Shown here in pieces: positions 1 through 9,557 of a DNA stretch of 64,000 bases; the stretch's first letter is position 1; each line of letters starts with the position of its first letter. A model generated the notes under the pieces. That model had not been told where the DNA came from and made no database searches. It was given only the letters and a program-made list of their open reading frames with translations. Position numbers and translations under genes: made by a program. The stretch covers positions 1,390 to 65,389 of the forward strand of contig GG745546.1 of assembly GCA_002412085.1 (NCBI GenBank). The letters are read 5' to 3'. This stretch comes from Candidatus Parvarchaeum acidophilus ARMAN-5. GTDB taxonomy: Archaea; Nanobdellota; Nanobdellia; Parvarchaeales; Parvarchaeaceae.

Positions 1-1845
1 ACAATCTAATCCGGAAACAGATGCAGTGGCAGTGAAAGTACCTCCTCCAGTAGAAAGAGAAATAGAAGAACCTGTTGAAGCGCTTCCACTTGAACCATCA
101 TAACTTACGCTCCAAGTATACCCTGGAGGCAGACCTGTCTCACTAAATGTAGTTACGCATTTTTCAGTATAAGAATAGGTTATAGTAACAGGCTGACCTG
201 CATTTGTAGTGCCAGAAGAAGGGGATGGTGCAAAAACCTCGCTGCAATCCAAACCATCCACGTTAGAAACATGAACATCATAAACAGTGTAACTTAAGCT
301 AGTACCAGGACCTCCTGTAAATACATTTGTAGCTGATGTAGAGCTTTGATTGTCGCCGTTAAAATCTACATACCACTGTGTACCTGAAGGCAAACCTGTT
401 TCTGTAAACGTAGTTGTACAGGTCCAAGAACTGAAATCATATGTCGTTCCCTGCTCCACGGATTCGGAGGGAGTCGTACAATCTAATCCGGAAACAGATG
501 CAGTAGCAGTGTAAGTGTTTACAGACGCGCTGTTATGAGAAGTTGTAACCATTATATTCTTTGGAGTAATTGTAGAAATTTTAATGTTGTTATAAGTTAC
601 GCTCCATGTGTACCCTGAAGGTAAATTGCTTTCTTCAAACGTGTTTTTACATGTTGTAAGAGAAGAGAAAGCTATATTTTTAGTAGACCCTGCATTTGCG
701 TAGCCTGATGATGGAGAAGGAGTGTAAGTTGTAGCACAATCTACAGTTGAAGATGAGTTCGGTGGTGAACTGACTGAATATGAGAAATTCCCAGGTGCTC
801 CTGTATATACAATACTGTCTGGAGATGAATTACTCTTCGCTAAACTATTATAACTTACATCCCATGTGTGGCCTGAAGGCAAACCTGTTTCTGTAAACGT
901 AGTTGTGCATAATCCTAAAAATCTAATATATTGATAATTACCAACGGATAAAGTCCCAGAAGATGGTGATGGAGAATAAACACAACCGCTTAAAATGACT
1001 TTACTGACTGAAAATGAGTATGTACCTGTTTTTTCATTTGTAAAAGCTATAACATTGGTTGTCGAAGAACTTTTTTCGCCCGCGTAAGTTACTTCCCAGT
1101 TTGTACCTGTTGGAAGCTCTTTCTCTATAAAAGTCGCTGCACATGAACTAACAAAAATAATATTCTGAACTTTACCAGATTCTAATGTACCAGAGGAAGG
1201 CAATGCTGTATATTTGCAGCCACTTGCAGATAAATTTCCGACAGTATAAGAATAAATTCCATAAGTAGTTGAAAAACTAATAGACGTTCCAGAAGAGGAA
1301 TGGTTTATGCCTTTGTATACTGTCCACCAAAGTGTATTTGAGGGTAATCCTTCTTCAGAAAAGCTTGTTATAGTAGAAGGTAGCACTAAATATATATTTG
1401 TAGGAACAAAAGACATTGTACCGTTTGATGAAAGATTTATATTATTATTTATAGAAAATCCTAAACCCAAACTAACAGTGTCTCTTGTGTTAGCCAGATT
1501 TAATTTTGCATAGCACACTGAACTTTGTCCCGGGTCTAACGTTAAATATTCGCATATTATTTTTGATATCGAGGTACTATTATACTCTAAAATAAATTTA
1601 TTTAAATTTGCATCTACCGATAACGAATTTGAAACCGAGAATTCTATATAAGTGTAATTAGCCAGAACACTGGTAATTTTAAGGCCAGTAAAACCACTTA
1701 TTGTAGACGAAGGAGAAATAAAACTTAATGGAGAGAATATACCTAAAGAAAAGAGTATTACGATTACAGCTACTACCAGTATAATCATCCAACCATATGT
1801 TTCTAATGCCTCTACTACTTGTTGCCCTTGTTTATAACCAGACAT
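1..1845 (-). CDS. Giant secreted/surface repeat protein (partial; C-terminus lies beyond the window start). N-terminus MSGYKQGQQVVEALETYGWMIILVVAVIVIL is a type-IV-pilin-like class III signal (G|QQVVE, Glu at +5). The body is made of ~75-80 aa repeats carrying the motif TFxETGLPSG(T/Y)xWxVxY.
   Basis: Manual minus-strand translation from the ATG at 1843-1845. Open frame runs to position 1 and is missing from the ORF track because no stop lies inside the window. DNA-level near-identical repeats (1-45 vs 476-520; 376-420 vs 862-912). Ser/Thr/Asn-rich composition. Confidence 0.65.
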   Translation of the reverse strand, partial: MSGYKQGQQVVEALETYGWMIILVVAVIVILFSLGIFSPLSFISPSSTISGFTGLKITSVLANYTYIEFSVSNSLSVDANLNKFILEYNSTSISKIICEYLTLDPGQSSVCYAKLNLANTRDTVSLGLGFSINNNINLSSNGTMSFVPTNIYLVLPSTITSFSEEGLPSNTLWWTVYKGINHSSSGTSISFSTTYGIYSYTVGNLSASGCKYTALPSSGTLESGKVQNIIFVSSCAATFIEKELPTGTNWEVTYAGEKSSSTTNVIAFTNEKTGTYSFSVSKVILSGCVYSPSPSSGTLSVGNYQYIRFLGLCTTTFTETGLPSGHTWDVSYNSLAKSNSSPDSIVYTGAPGNFSYSVSSPPNSSSTVDCATTYTPSPSSGYANAGSTKNIAFSSLTTCKNTFEESNLPSGYTWSVTYNNIKISTITPKNIMVTTSHNSASVNTYTATASVSGLDCTTPSESVEQGTTYDFSSWTCTTTFTETGLPSGTQWYVDFNGDNQSSTSATNVFTGGPGTSLSYTVYDVHVSNVDGLDCSEVFAPSPSSGTTNAGQPVTITYSYTEKCVTTFSETGLPPGYTWSVSYDGSSGSASTGSSISLSTGGGTFTATASVSGLDC

Positions 1846-2048
1846 ATTATTACTAATATCAAGTTATAATAAATAACTTTTTTAGACTTTTTTATACAAA
1901 GATTTAAATATAGCAAGGTATATATATTACTATATTGTAGTGTATTTATGAGAAGAAAAGAATTTTCTATTATAGACAAAGAAAATGATGACCCTGATGA
2001 GGATTACGAGCTAGAGAAAGATGAAGATCTTCTTGAGATTTAAATATA

Positions 2049-2879
2049 TTACGATGATATTATTTGTAGTAAAGGATTTCCAAATAACATAGTTATTACT
2101 ACTGCAAAAAGTATACCTGGTATAAATGGTAAACCTATCTTTATAAGTACCTCCTTTACTTTGCTATTTTTTAATTTTTCTATATCTGCGGCTGTAAGGC
2201 CCGTATCTCTCTCCGGTACTATTTTTTTGCCTTTACTGTCCTTTGGAGACTCTGCTAACCAGTCACCTTCCGTAAGTTTATTTACATTTTGAACTATATA
2301 CATAAGGTAGCTTGCAACCAGAAAAACAAATCTCATGGAAAAAAGCATAAAAGCCGCAATAGCTATAAAGAAATTCAAAGGCACAGGTATAAAGAAAAAT
2401 GATAAAACCATCGTTAATAATGTTACTATAAAAAAAGGTATATCATATACTTTAAAATGATTCTTTAATTTTTTAATTTTTATAACTCCTACGGCTATTG
2501 TTCCTAATATTCCATAAATACCTCCAAACAGAAGTATGTTTATAAATAAAGCGATAAAAGACCTGTTAGAAAAAAGGTTTATTGATGTAAAAACTATACT
2601 GATACCAAATAGAATTTTTACATCTCCGCCTCCCCACTGCCCGGCTTTATACATAAAGTAAGAGAAGCCTGTAACTAACAATATAGATAAAGGCATATAA
2701 ACGAGATTGGAAATTGTATTATTAGAAATTGAATAAGCCAATACAAGAAGCGAGCTTCCAGCTATAAGGACATAACTTATTGAGTCAGGCACTTCTCTCT
2801 TTTTGATATCGGTTATAGATGCCAGTATCAATACGCCTATCACAAATATAAATATAAGATAATTTATTGAATATACCAT
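2049..2879 (-). CDS. pibD: Type IV prepilin / preflagellin peptidase (A24 family, PibD/FlaK/EppA-like).
   Basis: Polytopic membrane protein. Catalytic Asp motifs ITDIKKREVPD and GGGDVK are typical of archaeal prepilin peptidases. Confidence 0.75.
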   Translation of the reverse strand: MVYSINYLIFIFVIGVLILASITDIKKREVPDSISYVLIAGSSLLVLAYSISNNTISNLVYMPLSILLVTGFSYFMYKAGQWGGGDVKILFGISIVFTSINLFSNRSFIALFINILLFGGIYGILGTIAVGVIKIKKLKNHFKVYDIPFFIVTLLTMVLSFFFIPVPLNFFIAIAAFMLFSMRFVFLVASYLMYIVQNVNKLTEGDWLAESPKDSKGKKIVPERDTGLTAADIEKLKNSKVKEVLIKIGLPFIPGILFAVVITMLFGNPLLQIISS

Positions 2880-3573
2880 GTTATATTTAATTGGTACTGG
2901 ATTGTATTATTTAAATGATTTGCCTTTAAGAGCAATAGATGTTATAAGCAGCTGCAGTGAAGTTTTTATTGAAAGGTATACTAACTTAAATGATATAACT
3001 TTTATAGAAAAACTTAAAAAAATTACCGGTAAAAATATAGAAGTTATAGGCCGGGAAGAAGTAGAAAGCAGTTTCATAACGGATAAAGCCGTCGATAAGG
3101 ATATAGCACTTCTTATTCCGGGCGATCCTCTTGCAGCAACGACACACTTCTCTTTGGTAGAAGAATGTTATCAAAAAAACATTGCTGTAAAAATAATACA
3201 CGCTTCGAGCATATTCTCTGCTGTTGGAGAAACCGGTCTTTCAATATATAAATTTGGAGGGACTACGAGCATACCAATCTACACGGAGAATTTTCACCCG
3301 GAAAGTTTCTTTGATACAATAGAAAAAAACATAAACTGCGATTACCACACGCTTGTATTGCTTGAAGTCAGAGACGAAAAAAACTTTGTAAAGCCTATAG
3401 AAGCTATGAAAATACTTAAAACAATAGAAGAAAAAAACAATAAAAATATAATTAAATGGGACAGTGTAATTGTACTGTCTCAATTAGGAAGCGATTCCCA
3501 AACAATAAAAATTATTAATGAAAAGGATATAAATAATATAAAACCGCCATGTGCTGTTATAATACCCGGGTAA
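2878..3573 (+). CDS. dphB: Diphthine synthase (EF-2 diphthamide biosynthesis methyltransferase).
   Basis: MLYLIGTGLY... N-terminus and tetrapyrrole-methylase fold motifs (IYKFGGTTSIPIY) match Dph5/DphB. Confidence 0.8.
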   Translation: MLYLIGTGLYYLNDLPLRAIDVISSCSEVFIERYTNLNDITFIEKLKKITGKNIEVIGREEVESSFITDKAVDKDIALLIPGDPLAATTHFSLVEECYQKNIAVKIIHASSIFSAVGETGLSIYKFGGTTSIPIYTENFHPESFFDTIEKNINCDYHTLVLLEVRDEKNFVKPIEAMKILKTIEEKNNKNIIKWDSVIVLSQLGSDSQTIKIINEKDINNIKPPCAVIIPG

Positions 3574-3619
3574 ATTAAATCAAAATGAATTAGAAGCGAT
3601 CGAATTCATTAGAAAATCT

Positions 3620-4516
3620 TCAGGAACTGCGTAAGGTTATAGGTATACTGTTGGATGTTATACAATAAGTATAACCAGCGCTGACATTTACTTCTATATT
3701 ATTTGTGTAACCTGCTGGATTGGATACTGGATTTACTAGCAATGAAAACTGTACGGGTGCGAGAAGATTTCCATTCTGAAAAGTTAAAGGGTATTCTTGC
3801 TGAGTTATATTTATACTGTGATCAATCTTGTATGTATTTCCCAAAGAATCGGTAAAGTAACCTACATCATTTGCGATATTAATGGATAGCCAATTCAATT
3901 TAAGCGTTGACCCTTCAGAAGTAAGATCCGAACCCATAACATACTCTGTATCATTCTGCGATGAAGGTGCTGCGAAGATAGAATCATTGAAATCTTGCAT
4001 ATAAATATTTATAGGCAAACCAGAAGAGGCTAAAGATGCAGAAGTGGGTGCTGTTCCTATAAATTTGTAACTCTTGATTGTCAAAGGATAATTTGTATAA
4101 GAAACTGCATTAAAACAGGCAGTAAAGGTTATCGTGCAGGTAGTGGGACTGGAACCGGAGAATGACCAATCTATTGAAGAAGGAGAATCTGCTGGGATAA
4201 CTACATGTTTGGAAGTTATCGGAAGAAATGAACAGCCATAAGGAGATAAAGAAACGTTTATTGGTTTATTGCCCGAATTTTTCATTGATGTAATTACACC
4301 TATGGCCTCATTCGTATATAACTGTGACAAATCATTAGGGGAGGATATGTTAAAAGATATTGGTAAATATGGATTTACTGTTACTTTTGAAACGGATGTT
4401 GAGGGAGTTATCTGGCTTAAGTAACCGCTTTTATAAAGAAAGAAAGCCACTGCTGCTATTACTAATATGACTATTACTATCATTACTCCACTTTGTCCTT
4501 TTTTATTCATAATCAA
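3620..4516 (-). CDS. Class-III-signal (pilin-like) secreted S/T/N-rich protein.
   Basis: N-terminus MIMNKKGQSGVMIVIVILVIAAV has a KKG|Q prepilin-peptidase-type cleavage motif followed by a hydrophobic helix. The 4-nt overlap (ATGA) with the upstream gene suggests an operon. Confidence 0.5.
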   Translation of the reverse strand: MIMNKKGQSGVMIVIVILVIAAVAFFLYKSGYLSQITPSTSVSKVTVNPYLPISFNISSPNDLSQLYTNEAIGVITSMKNSGNKPINVSLSPYGCSFLPITSKHVVIPADSPSSIDWSFSGSSPTTCTITFTACFNAVSYTNYPLTIKSYKFIGTAPTSASLASSGLPINIYMQDFNDSIFAAPSSQNDTEYVMGSDLTSEGSTLKLNWLSINIANDVGYFTDSLGNTYKIDHSINITQQEYPLTFQNGNLLAPVQFSLLVNPVSNPAGYTNNIEVNVSAGYTYCITSNSIPITLRSS

Positions 4517-5454
4517 ATACAGGATATATCAGCTGGTGAACCTGTAAACGAAAAATAATAACCATAGTTTATATTTATATTTATTATATTCTGTGAAGTA
4601 TTATTGTCATTTGTAGCGGTTATTTCTATAGGCAATCCAGAAGGTATTAATGCAAGGTTCACATCATTCAGGGTTAAGGTCATATTATTTTTAGAAACTG
4701 AAAAAGGAAATGTCTGACCATCGTAATAAACTGATGCAGAGGCTATCCCAGATGAATTCGTTATTTTTAATGTTACACTATTTATATAGTCATTTGGAGA
4801 ACCTGCAGATATGTTAGTGTAAGGCCCATATGTATAACCACTTTTCTTGCCAAATGAAGAAGCCATGACCAGATTAAGAGTTTGGGATAGCGGACCAGAG
4901 GGAATCTGGGTTTCTATTTCTATAGGCAGGGCCGAAACCGACATGAAACCCTGGTTAGCATTATTATATATTGTTTGAGGTATAAGTTTTTGTTTTGTGT
5001 CATAAGGATATGTAATGACTGAAGTCGTAAAGTTCTGCCAGAAATTTTTAACCTGTGAAGAAAATAAGTATGTTGATGACACACCCGAGCTTGATGATAA
5101 ACAGGAAATAGTGTATTGAACTTTTGATACGTTAGACATGTTTGCCGGCATATCTAGAACCTTGCTAATTGGGGATAATGAAACGTAATTTGGAGAACCT
5201 ACACTTACATTTAATAGCATGTTTACTGGCTGGTTAAATGGGTTAAAAAAGGTAAGATACATAGGTGCAGACCTACCTGAGTATATAGAAGTAGAATTAA
5301 AACTTGCTGATATGGTAAAAATCGAAGGCGTTGTGCTTTTTGAACCATTTATTTTAAATAACCCGCTGTTAACTCCATAGACTATTACTATAAGAATTAT
5401 AATAACTATAACGACGCCGAAAATGGCCGTGCTACTTGCTCCTAATCTATTCAT
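4513..5454 (-). CDS. Membrane-anchored or class-III-signal S/T/N-rich surface protein.
   Basis: N-terminus MNRLGASSTAIFGVVIVIIILIV (G|A then hydrophobic helix). Many N-x-S/T sequons. Confidence 0.45.
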   Translation of the reverse strand: MNRLGASSTAIFGVVIVIIILIVIVYGVNSGLFKINGSKSTTPSIFTISASFNSTSIYSGRSAPMYLTFFNPFNQPVNMLLNVSVGSPNYVSLSPISKVLDMPANMSNVSKVQYTISCLSSSSGVSSTYLFSSQVKNFWQNFTTSVITYPYDTKQKLIPQTIYNNANQGFMSVSALPIEIETQIPSGPLSQTLNLVMASSFGKKSGYTYGPYTNISAGSPNDYINSVTLKITNSSGIASASVYYDGQTFPFSVSKNNMTLTLNDVNLALIPSGLPIEITATNDNNTSQNIINININYGYYFSFTGSPADISCI

Positions 5455-5502
5455 ATTCCTAATATGTAAAAAGAAGTATTAAAGCTTTTATAGATTTTTT
5501 AA

Positions 5503-6489
5503 TCAAACGGAATATGGAGAAATGTAAAGACCAATAGGCAGGTATCCTTCCTGCTCATAAGAGTATGATACTCTAAAATGTAAATTCGGTGTAAAGTCCG
5601 GAACGTTCGCGCTTGTTAACTTGCCAGCCTCTACTGAATTCAAAGCTATTGGTAACGTTATGGAAGCGCCGTTTGGACCTATGGATACTTCATCATAAAG
5701 CACCTCTGTACCGTTGCTGAAAGTTTTAGTTTTAAGACCCAGAGAACTTGCACCCGTAACAGTTAGAATGGAGCTGTTTAAGACTATTGACATATTTGCA
5801 TTTCCTATTGGAGTACCTGAACCTATATTATTTAGGTTTATGGTAAGTTCAATATCCTGCCCGTACACTATTGGCTGTGAAGATGAAGTAGAAATCTGTA
5901 TAGGCCCGGGAGTTACACCTGAAACCTGTGTTTGTGGTGGCGGATAACTTCCGCTGTTACTGGCAGCCTGCGAAACAAATTCTAACTGCTGAGAAGCGCT
6001 TCCAGAATATGAGAAATTTAAGTAATAACCAAGATTCTGTGAGTATTGTATATTACCGTAAGAACTGGTTGGTGGTGCAGACATTGTAAAAGCCTCCGAT
6101 AACGTACCACCTGTGACAAGCGAAGGTATACTTACACACCTGCCACTAGTTATGGCATTCCCATTAGATACTGGAGAAGATTCCTGAGGGCTTGACAGTA
6201 TTGTAAAAAGTCCAAGATTATCTAAACAGAAAAATATGTTTGAAGCCGCGCTGCCATAGTTATTTATCACAAGAAAAGTAAGGCCGAATGTAGATGAGGG
6301 AGAAACCTTAGAAGGCGGATTTATTGGAGAAACCGCCAACGCTACCTTATTACTGAGATGAGTGGCAGAAGGCACGGGTGAAAGACCCAAGTAATTCAGT
6401 AAAACCGGGCCATAAAGGAATAACGCTACGATTATAACTAGTAATAAAACCGCTCCTATTGCTGTTCCTTGTCCTTTGTTATTTTTCAT
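5503..6489 (-). CDS. Class-III-signal (pilin-like) secreted S/T/N/P-rich protein.
   Basis: N-terminus MKNNKGQGTAIGAVLLLVIIVALF (KG|Q motif). Confidence 0.5.
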   Translation of the reverse strand: MKNNKGQGTAIGAVLLLVIIVALFLYGPVLLNYLGLSPVPSATHLSNKVALAVSPINPPSKVSPSSTFGLTFLVINNYGSAASNIFFCLDNLGLFTILSSPQESSPVSNGNAITSGRCVSIPSLVTGGTLSEAFTMSAPPTSSYGNIQYSQNLGYYLNFSYSGSASQQLEFVSQAASNSGSYPPPQTQVSGVTPGPIQISTSSSQPIVYGQDIELTINLNNIGSGTPIGNANMSIVLNSSILTVTGASSLGLKTKTFSNGTEVLYDEVSIGPNGASITLPIALNSVEAGKLTSANVPDFTPNLHFRVSYSYEQEGYLPIGLYISPYSV

Positions 6490-6655
6490 ATCAACTCGTA
6501 CATGTCTGGTTGCTTATTACTACTGGCATATTGAAACTCTCGTTATAATTATAATTTACATAACCAATTATGGTCATAGCGTTAAAATGCATTCCATTTA
6601 AAGTATTCACAGCGTTTAAGCCAAGATAAAAACTGGATCCTGATCCAGTGTGCTC

Positions 6656-7990
6656 TTACTGTTTATTACAATCCCAATATCCACTGCCCGGAAATGTAAA
6701 ACCCTGTCTAGTTATGGACACTGCATTGCTGCATGACCAATAGCTGCTAGATGGGTTTGTTGGGTAAAACTGTTTGCTTATGTAAATTGACAGGTTATTT
6801 ATCTCATAAGGAGAGTTTCCATTGTTTTTTATTGTAACCTCTAAAGGAAGAGAATCTATCTTCGTTAACACGGGCTGTTTAATTTCGGTGTATATCTCTA
6901 TCTGAATCGGCCCGGAAGAATAAAAGTTAACAGAGGGTTCTGAGGGAACGAATGCCTGACTGGAGGATATCAACTTGTTTTGAAATGAGTTTGACATAAA
7001 CTCTACGGGCAGGATAACTGCGGCTGTGTAATTCTTTACAAGAAAAGACGCGAGAAAAGACATAGACAATGGAAACGTTAGTTTTTTAGTAGGACATGAC
7101 AACGTAAAATCGGTCGTGTTCTCCTTGGTTTCCCCTGGTACTAGAATATTTAAAAGAGAAGCGTCGGCTATTTTTGGTGGAGAACTGCTGGTTTGAGCGG
7201 GATTCGTAAAAGCGGAAAGCATATCTTTACAGTAAGTTGCAGCGCCGGAAGAAACGGTACTGCCACATGAGATATTTACAATAAGATTGTTGGGAGTTCC
7301 TGGCCCAAGAGGAACGTTTCCGTTATTCGTCACAGAATAATATATCGAACCGGGCTGTGGATTCGAAGTAAGCGTTACAACCTGCCCTGATGGATAGTTC
7401 ATGCTTAAGAATGACGAAAAAGTGGGAGTAGTATTAGTTGATGTTACTTGCGGCTGAGTTATCAAAAGATTTGGATTCTGTATTTCAGCTATAAAAGTTG
7501 ATACTGATGAGAAACCAGAAGATATCAAACTACCTATTTTAGAGAATATTGAACCGTATGTCACTTCTGTATATACTATTCCTACGTTTGAAGGTGCCAC
7601 AAAGACAAGATAAACACCGAGGATTACTAAAAGTATTATAAATGGAGCAATAATGAGAGAGTGTTTCTTTGCAGACCTTACTACGTTATCAGTATTAAAT
7701 AATTTTCTATTTTTCTTCTTTTCCTGTTCTAGTTTTAAAAGCTCGGGAGAGTAACCATGCGCACTTTGTAAGTGTGCCCACAATGCCAGCTGGGAGGGGA
7801 ACTTTTGGCCACAAACTTCGCATGTAAATTTTGATTTACCTTTTTCATTTCGGGTCTGCTTTCCATGTTGGGCCTGCATATGTTCAGACAATTCTGCTTT
7901 TGATGAAAACTCTTGTCCACAGATCTTACATTTAAATTTTTTATTACTAGGATCGTTATTAGCAGCTGTATTCACATCGGGTGTATCCAT
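6656..7990 (-). CDS. Single-pass membrane protein with two cytoplasmic C2H2 zinc fingers and a large extracellular S/T/N-rich domain.
   Basis: Two C-x2-C-x12-H-x4-H fingers: FKCKICGQEFSSKAELSEHMQAQH and FTCEVCGQKFPSQLALWAHLQSAH. A basic stretch is followed by the TM helix IIAPFIILLVILGVYLVFV, then ~300 aa of ectodomain. Confidence 0.55.
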   Translation of the reverse strand: MDTPDVNTAANNDPSNKKFKCKICGQEFSSKAELSEHMQAQHGKQTRNEKGKSKFTCEVCGQKFPSQLALWAHLQSAHGYSPELLKLEQEKKKNRKLFNTDNVVRSAKKHSLIIAPFIILLVILGVYLVFVAPSNVGIVYTEVTYGSIFSKIGSLISSGFSSVSTFIAEIQNPNLLITQPQVTSTNTTPTFSSFLSMNYPSGQVVTLTSNPQPGSIYYSVTNNGNVPLGPGTPNNLIVNISCGSTVSSGAATYCKDMLSAFTNPAQTSSSPPKIADASLLNILVPGETKENTTDFTLSCPTKKLTFPLSMSFLASFLVKNYTAAVILPVEFMSNSFQNKLISSSQAFVPSEPSVNFYSSGPIQIEIYTEIKQPVLTKIDSLPLEVTIKNNGNSPYEINNLSIYISKQFYPTNPSSSYWSCSNAVSITRQGFTFPGSGYWDCNKQ

Positions 7991-8024
7991 ATAAGAATAA
8001 CATATCTCTATTGATATTTAAATT

Positions 8025-9227
8025 TCAATTTACGACGGATTTTAAGGATATATATGAAGGTATGACTAAACCGTTAGAAGACAATTCTATTGTACCGCTA
8101 TAATTACCGCTAGAAGCATTATTTCCAAGATAACTTGATGGTATGAGCAACACATTCTCTCCGCTTGAAAGACTACTGGAATTCATGGTTAGGTTCTTTC
8201 CGCTGGGCGTGAAATACAAATAAACGTTTCCGCTTTTTATTATGCTGTTGACATCTAATGTAAGTATATAATTACCCTTTACTGCGTTGACGGAATAATA
8301 CAAAGTAGGTGAGTTCTCTGCTATGAAAGGTATATTGTAATTCATGGAAGCATCTGCTATCTCATAAGAAACATTCTTTGCTGGCTGGAAAACCACATTG
8401 AAAGACACTGGAAGTATAACGGAGTTTGATTCGTTTGAATTCCTTATCGCTTTTGATATTACTATCGAAGGTATGTTTATAATCTGTTCTGAGTCCTGGC
8501 CAGATGAAATATTAGAAACGATTTGATTGTTTATGGACACAGTCAGACTCCCGTATCCTATAGGGGTGTAATCAAGGGAATAGTCTCCTATACCGCTAAA
8601 AGTAAGTACTTTCACGGGCACGCTATACCCTCTGTTCTTTCCTGTTTCCTGTATTACTTTTATACTTGATAAAGTAAATGATTGCGTAAATGCAAATCCG
8701 TTTAGACTATCGGTTATAGACAATATATCCTTTGCTACAGAAGACCCGGGGATCTTTTCTATAATAGTCTCGGTTTTCGCAGGTATTGTGGAGAAAAAGC
8801 TGTTCCCATTCAATGAAAAGCTCATTTTAGGGCTGCCGGAAACGGACTTTACTGTTACTTCAATAAAATAAGTTGATTGCTGTGAGCCATTAAAATCTAT
8901 ATTATAGGAAGATGAACCTAAGATACTTGAGCCTATCGATACTGAGGTCTTATTAAAAACAGTGGTATTAAGAATGGGATAATCTACAGCGAAGGTTCCT
9001 ATTGCATATGAAGTGTTGAAAGGCTTACTATTTCCGCCTAGATAGGTATTAAGCTGGGCATAATACTCGCCGGTAGGAATGGATGGCTTGGTAGTCGTAG
9101 TATTGTTAATTCCTAATAGTTTATATGCCACAGGAGGAGGGACCAGACGAATATATATAACCACAGCCGCTATTAACATCAAAATCAAAATCACTACTGC
9201 AGGTATGCTTGCTCTCTCTATTGCCAT
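8025..9227 (-). CDS. N-terminally anchored S/T/N-rich surface protein.
   Basis: N-terminus MAIERASIPAVVILILMLIAAVVIYI. Sequon-rich beta-type composition. Confidence 0.45.
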   Translation of the reverse strand: MAIERASIPAVVILILMLIAAVVIYIRLVPPPVAYKLLGINNTTTTKPSIPTGEYYAQLNTYLGGNSKPFNTSYAIGTFAVDYPILNTTVFNKTSVSIGSSILGSSSYNIDFNGSQQSTYFIEVTVKSVSGSPKMSFSLNGNSFFSTIPAKTETIIEKIPGSSVAKDILSITDSLNGFAFTQSFTLSSIKVIQETGKNRGYSVPVKVLTFSGIGDYSLDYTPIGYGSLTVSINNQIVSNISSGQDSEQIINIPSIVISKAIRNSNESNSVILPVSFNVVFQPAKNVSYEIADASMNYNIPFIAENSPTLYYSVNAVKGNYILTLDVNSIIKSGNVYLYFTPSGKNLTMNSSSLSSGENVLLIPSSYLGNNASSGNYSGTIELSSNGLVIPSYISLKSVVN

Positions 9228-9281
9228 AAAATCTTTACTACGTTATAATATATAAATATTTCTAATGCAATTTAACCTAAT

Positions 9282-9557
9282 TTATGTGGCCGTAAAATAC
9301 TCCTTGAGATCATCGCTTACTGAAAAGAAACCTGCCTTCAATCCAGCATCGACATAACTCCAGCTTATTACTACCGCTTCAAAAGCCCTTATATAATCTG
9401 TTTTTTCGAAAAAAAACTCACTGTCTTTAAAGTAATTAAACGCCATGTTGAAAAACTCATCGGCAAGATCATTTTCCTGGATTAAAGAGATGCTATTGAA
9501 TACTTTCTTCATCATACCTATCTCTTTTTCCGCCCTTTCTTTTACTTCATTAATCAT
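9282..9557 (-). CDS. Small acidic helical hypothetical protein; its start overlaps the fen stop (operon).
   Basis: ORF only. The start overlaps the fen stop by 8 nt. Confidence 0.3.
   Translation of the reverse strand: MINEVKERAEKEIGMMKKVFNSISLIQENDLADEFFNMAFNYFKDSEFFFEKTDYIRAFEAVVISWSYVDAGLKAGFFSVSDDLKEYFTAT

Noticed and set aside
1307-1513. 68-aa plus-strand ORF inside the giant repeat gene, plus many other short antisense ORFs in the track (e.g. 5714..5947, 15538..15768, 27656..28221, 30099..30605, 37514..38089, 58866..59297).
   Set aside because: Each lies antisense or out of frame within a much longer ORF that has clear homology, typical of shadow ORFs in an AT-rich genome.
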